Source of the DNA: Octopus bimaculoides
Taxonomy: Eukaryota
Assembly: GCF_001194135.2 (NCBI RefSeq)
Contig: NC_069004.1
Coordinates: forward strand, 27,811,779 to 27,852,332
Reading direction: 5' to 3'
Length of the DNA: 40,554 bases
Below the pieces are notes generated by a model. The model did no database searches. It worked only from the letters and a program-made list of their open reading frames with translations, and had not been told where the DNA came from. Position 1 is the first letter of the stretch. Each line of letters opens with the position of its first letter. Shown piece by piece: positions 36,395-40,554 of this stretch. The translations under genes were made by a program, and so were the position numbers.

Positions 36395-36785
36395 TTTGTT
36401 CCTTTAATTGTTCCAGTCACTTGACTGTGAGCATGCCAGGAAGGACACCACTGCTAAAGGCTTAGTTAAACAATGCTTATTTTTGAAGCTTGGTACTTGG
36501 TCCACTAATCTCTTTTACTAAACCAATGAATTATGGGGATGTGAACAAACCAACACCAGTTGTCAAGTGGAAGAGGCAACAAACGCAAATGCACACATGC
36601 AAACACATACATAAATGCATACATGCAGCAAGCTGCTACACAGTTTCCATCTACAGAATTCACTCACAAGCCATTGATTGGCCTAGGGCTATAGTAGATG
36701 ACACTTTCCCATGGTGTCACACACTGGGACTGAACTCAAAACAATGGGGTTGTGAAGCAAACTTTTTAACCACACAACCATGTTT
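36395..36785 (-). mobile_element. SINE A-B
   Basis: Colinear with 2722-3111. Confidence 0.75.
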
Positions 36786-37514
36786 TTTTTTAAAAATCTG
36801 TTTCTCCTTCTCCATGTCAGTCTGTCTCTTTTTCTCCCTTTCTTTTTTACCTCCTTGACAAGGTCATGCTTCTAGCAGGACAACTAAAGGTGGCATTCAT
36901 TGCTAAGAGCAAACCTGCTTTCTTTATTTGCATTTTCCAGTCTGGAGAAAATCCTTTACAGCCCACTTTCTGTATAGTCTGGTTTGTCTAAAGAAAACTA
37001 GGTGTGTAGAAATGGCTTGTACAGATCAACTGAGGTCAGATATATATATATATATACACACACAAATGCTGCAAACAAAATCAGCTTCGGCAGAAAATTG
37101 AGAAAAGAATATAGTAGAATCTAGTTAATAAAGATAGTATGACATAAAAGTACAGGGGTGGTTGCTGTTTGATAATAACATTATATCATGAAGACCTAGT
37201 TCTCATAGAATGCAACAATGAGCTGCAGAAATATAATTGTAAACCTAGAAGAATGATGTTTCAGAATAAAATTCCAGTACCATCTGGGAAGTGGTTTCAT
37301 TTATCGTGTAGTAGGAGAGTAGGTAGGAAGTCGACATTGTATACTCACTGTATACAAAGGGTATTGCAAGATACTATCAGAACAAAGAATTGAACGCACA
37401 AAACCAGTCATTCTGCTTGCCAAACAAAGATAAATTCTCTGCGGCTAACCTAAACAAATGAACCGATACAACATTGTATTTCGTTATGTCTGCCACATGT
37501 TCACTTCAGCATAA

Positions 37515-37670
37515 ACATAGCCATGCCATGTGGTTAAATTGTTTTGTTTGTAAGCACATGCTGTCATGTTCAGTTTGACTGTGTGGTACATTGAGCAGGT
37601 GTCTTCTGTTATAGTTTCGGGTTCATTAATGCCTTGTTAGTAAAATTCCGTTGATGAAAACTGCACAAGA
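37515..37670 (+). mobile_element. Degraded SINE A head
   Basis: catagccatgccatgtgg...ttcagtttgactgtgtggtacattgagcaggtgtcttctg. Confidence 0.55.
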
Positions 37671-38129
37671 GCACATCTCTCCCTCTTTTCTCTCCTTATC
37701 TATCCCCCTCTCTGCCTCACACACATTTGTGTGCATGCATATCTCTTAAGTAATGAATGTAAGGAGTAAGAAAACTGAAAAAAAAATAAAAACTCAGTAT
37801 TCTTCAAATGAAGTAATTTGTGATGTTTGTTCTGCACTGAGTGATGGACACTTCCTTCTCATTTTCACCACTATCAAAAATGCATCAGTAAACCAGTGAT
37901 TAACCTATTGGAGACCTATAACCATGAACGTCACTATTCATTAATTCCAATAGAAAATAAATAGCAATTTCATATTTAAGGCATTTGTTGATATATGGAA
38001 TGTAGACAACTGCGCCATTATGGACATGTGGTATGAGTGGACAATTTGTACTACGTAAAAAGATATCTTGTAGTTTTCATGAAAAGTAACTACAAAGAAA
38101 TGAACTGGAGTAAAGAAAACATGTGAGAA

Positions 38130-38480
38130 AGTGACAAACCACATCATTTTAGGTGCAGTCCCACTGTATGACAGCTTGAGCAAGTGTAACCTGGGCTGAC
38201 CAATGTCTTGGGAGTGAATTGAGTAGGTGGAAACTGTGTGGAAACTTGTTGTGTGTGTTCGTGTGTGTCCTTGTGTTTGTCTCCTCCCTTTGCTTGACAA
38301 CAAGTGTTGGTTTTTTTCAACTCTTCATAGCTTTGCAACTCAGCAAAGGAACTGCTAGAATAAATAGATTTATATATATATAAAAAAAAAAAAAGTACTG
38401 TGGTTGATTTGTTTGGCTAAACCCTTCAAGGCAATGTCCTGTATGGCTGCAGTCCAGTGACTGAAACAAGTATTAGAAAA
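38130..38480 (+). mobile_element. Degraded SINE A-B
   Basis: gtgcagtcccactg...cttgagcaagtg...tail ctgcagtccagtgactgaaacaagta. Confidence 0.7.
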
Positions 38481-39109
38481 GATAAATATGTGCAAATGGT
38501 CCTGGTTTGTCCTGTCAAGAAATTGCATTTATTGAAAGAAGTACCAGAAAGAAATATGTGACATTGCTGNNNNNNNNNNNNNNNNNNNNNNNNNNNNNNN
38601 NNNNNNNNNNNNNNNNNNNNNNNNNNNNNNNNNNNNNNNNNNNNNNNNNNNNNNNNNNNNNNNNNNNNNNNNNNNNNNNNNNNNNNNNNNNNNNNNNNNN
38701 NNNNNNNNNNNNNNNNNNNNNNNNNNNNNNNNNNNNNNNNNNNNNNNNNNNNNNNNNNNNNNNNNNNNNNNNNNNNNNNNNNNNNNNNNNNNNNNNNNNN
38801 NNNNNNNNNNNNNNNNNNNNNNNNNNNNNNNNNNNNNNNNNNNNNNNNNNNNNNNNNNNNNNNNNNNNNNNNNNNNNNNNNNNNNNNNNNNNNNNNNNNN
38901 NNNNNNNNNNNNNNNNNNNNNNNNNNNNNNNNNNNNNNNNNNNNNNNNNNNNNNNNNNNNNNNNNNNNNNNNNNNNNNNNNNNNNNNNNNNNNNNNNNNN
39001 NNNNNNNNNNNNNNNNNNNNNNNNNNNNNNNNNNNNNNNNNNNNNNNNNNNNNCCCCCCCTGCTGAAATCACTGGCCATGTACTAAAATTTGAAACCATT
39101 GTTACTCTA

Positions 39110-39353
39110 AGGTGGCAAGCTAGCAGAAATGTTAGCATGTAGGGCAAAATGCTTAATGACATTTTCTCTGCCTTTATGTCCTAAGGTCAACTTCTTAACC
39201 ACACAACCATGTTTTCTTTTAAAATCTGTTTCTCCTTCTCCATGTCAGTCTGTCTCTTTTTTTCTCTCTTTCTTTTGACCTCCTTGACAAGGTCATGCTT
39301 CTATGTATGTGTGTGTATGTCTATTTATGTATGTATATAGGTGCATATGTATG

Positions 39354-39386
<33 letters not shown>

Positions 39387-39490
39387 GTATCCTTTCAGGG
39401 TCGATAAAATACAAATTGAACACTGGGGTTGAGCTAATTGTCTTACTGCCTCCCCTGAAATTGCTGGCCTTGTGCCAGAATTTGAAATCA
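39110..39490 (+). mobile_element. SINE family C interrupted by a ~200-bp insertion
   Basis: The 5' half (39110-39190) and 3' half (39390-39490) are separated by a copy of 36760-36874 plus a microsatellite. Confidence 0.65.
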
Positions 39491-39859
39491 ATATCATTTT
39501 TTTTTTTCTATTACATTTTGCAGTTTATCTGTATGCTTATGTTTGTGTATTAGTTGCGATGTTTACCTTAATGATATTTGTGTACTGAGTAATAAAAACA
39601 AGGTCAAGTAGAGTCACTGTTTACAATCTGGCTCGAAAACATGTCTGACCAATGAGCTGTTTGTTGTTTGCTTGCTGAGAAAAAAACATCATTATTCGTG
39701 CAAGCCAGGTCATTGTTTATAATATACTTTGAGAGCATGCCCAACCATTGAGCCGTTCATTTTTCAAAGGACAAAAGTAAATATTACCTTACTTTGGGAC
39801 CATAGAAGGCTGGTGACAGAGAGAGAGCATCTGGCAACATTAAGTCTTGTTTTGTAAGT

Positions 39860-40295
39860 TTTATCTGACCCAGCATGGAAATGTCTGCTGTGGATCCTTT
39901 TGTTTCTACTGGGCTGGAGTCTTTGGCTTATCATCGAAATATATCCTCATTGTATCTTTTCTATAAATGCTTCCAAAGTCATCGCTATGATGAATTTTCT
40001 GGTCTACTCTCTGTCAACACCTTTAAACATTTCACTCATGTCTATTCCCAGATGCAACATTTCTCTGTTGAGTTTTCTATCGGTCATATAAGTCTTTATA
40101 ATTTGAAAGCTTCTTCCCTTGGACTAATGCTTCTTTGGAATTCACTACAATCGTCTTGTTTTCCTCTGGACTATGAAATTCAGTCCTTTAAGCTTTCTCT
40201 CAATCAGCATCTCTACAGGCCTCTTCTTTTTTTTTTTTATCATTCTTTATGTTACAGTGGACTCGGGCCCTGTCTGGGACAAAATCATTTTAAAA
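39860..40295 (+). mobile_element. Degraded 3' end of an L2/Crack/Daphne-like LINE
   Basis: ORF 39875-40372 contains LESLAYHRNISSLYLFYK...LLWNSL.SSCFPLDY.IQSFKLSLNQHL, matching the C-terminal pattern of CR1/L2-group RT ORFs. Confidence 0.7.
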
Positions 40296-40554
40296 ACAAA
40301 ATGATGACAACAATGGTTACACTGCATTCTAGTGAAGGAACACTTGATGCTGACACAGAGAGACTACAATGACAAATTTGAAATAAACTTCTCCATTTCA
40401 TGGGTTGAATTTTTTTTTTTTTCACTCTTTTTCCGACACCTATTTACACATTATATGTGTGTGTGTGTGTGTGTGTGTTTCCTGTTTATTTTTAATAATG
40501 AAAACTATTTCCTTGCTGAAAACTTTCTGATGCTTGGCAATCATTCGAGAATTT

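Noticed and set aside
37455-37520. Minus-strand hammerhead with palindromic stem III
   Set aside because: The core reads CUGAAGU rather than CUGANGA and stem I does not pair.
39875-40372. 165-aa ORF as a host gene
   Set aside because: It matches a decayed L2/Crack-like LINE C-terminus and reads on into UTR sequence.

Overview
This is eukaryotic, AT-rich, microsatellite-dense animal DNA with five assembly gaps (N at 9233-9551, 26330-26866, 30672-30681, 31228-31237, 38570-39053). From memory of its repeat families it is most likely a coleoid cephalopod (Octopus); this is inference, no search was run. Most of the window is interspersed repeats: tRNA-headed SINEs of several families, 3' ends of RLE (R4/Dong-like), RTE and L2/Crack-like LINEs, several MITEs and simple repeats. 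Nearly all ORFs in the supplied track are microsatellite or gap artefacts. The best host-gene signal is a minus-strand first coding exon (1270-1538) encoding a signal-anchor membrane protein, with a YY1-like motif just upstream. There is also a CpG-rich NRF1/ETS promoter-like island at about 14.1-14.25 kb followed by a perfect 30-bp tandem repeat, and weaker minus-strand exon chains at 16-21 kb and 33-37 kb. The most notable unexplained structures are type I hammerhead ribozyme motifs (15209-15294 minus, 25201-25248 plus, and two degenerate ones), a MITE with 89-bp near-perfect inverted repeats, and a locally templated 115-bp duplication. No prokaryotic genes, CRISPR arrays, rRNA or true tRNA genes are supported. 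SINE family labels A-G are my own working labels, and most repeat boundaries are approximate.
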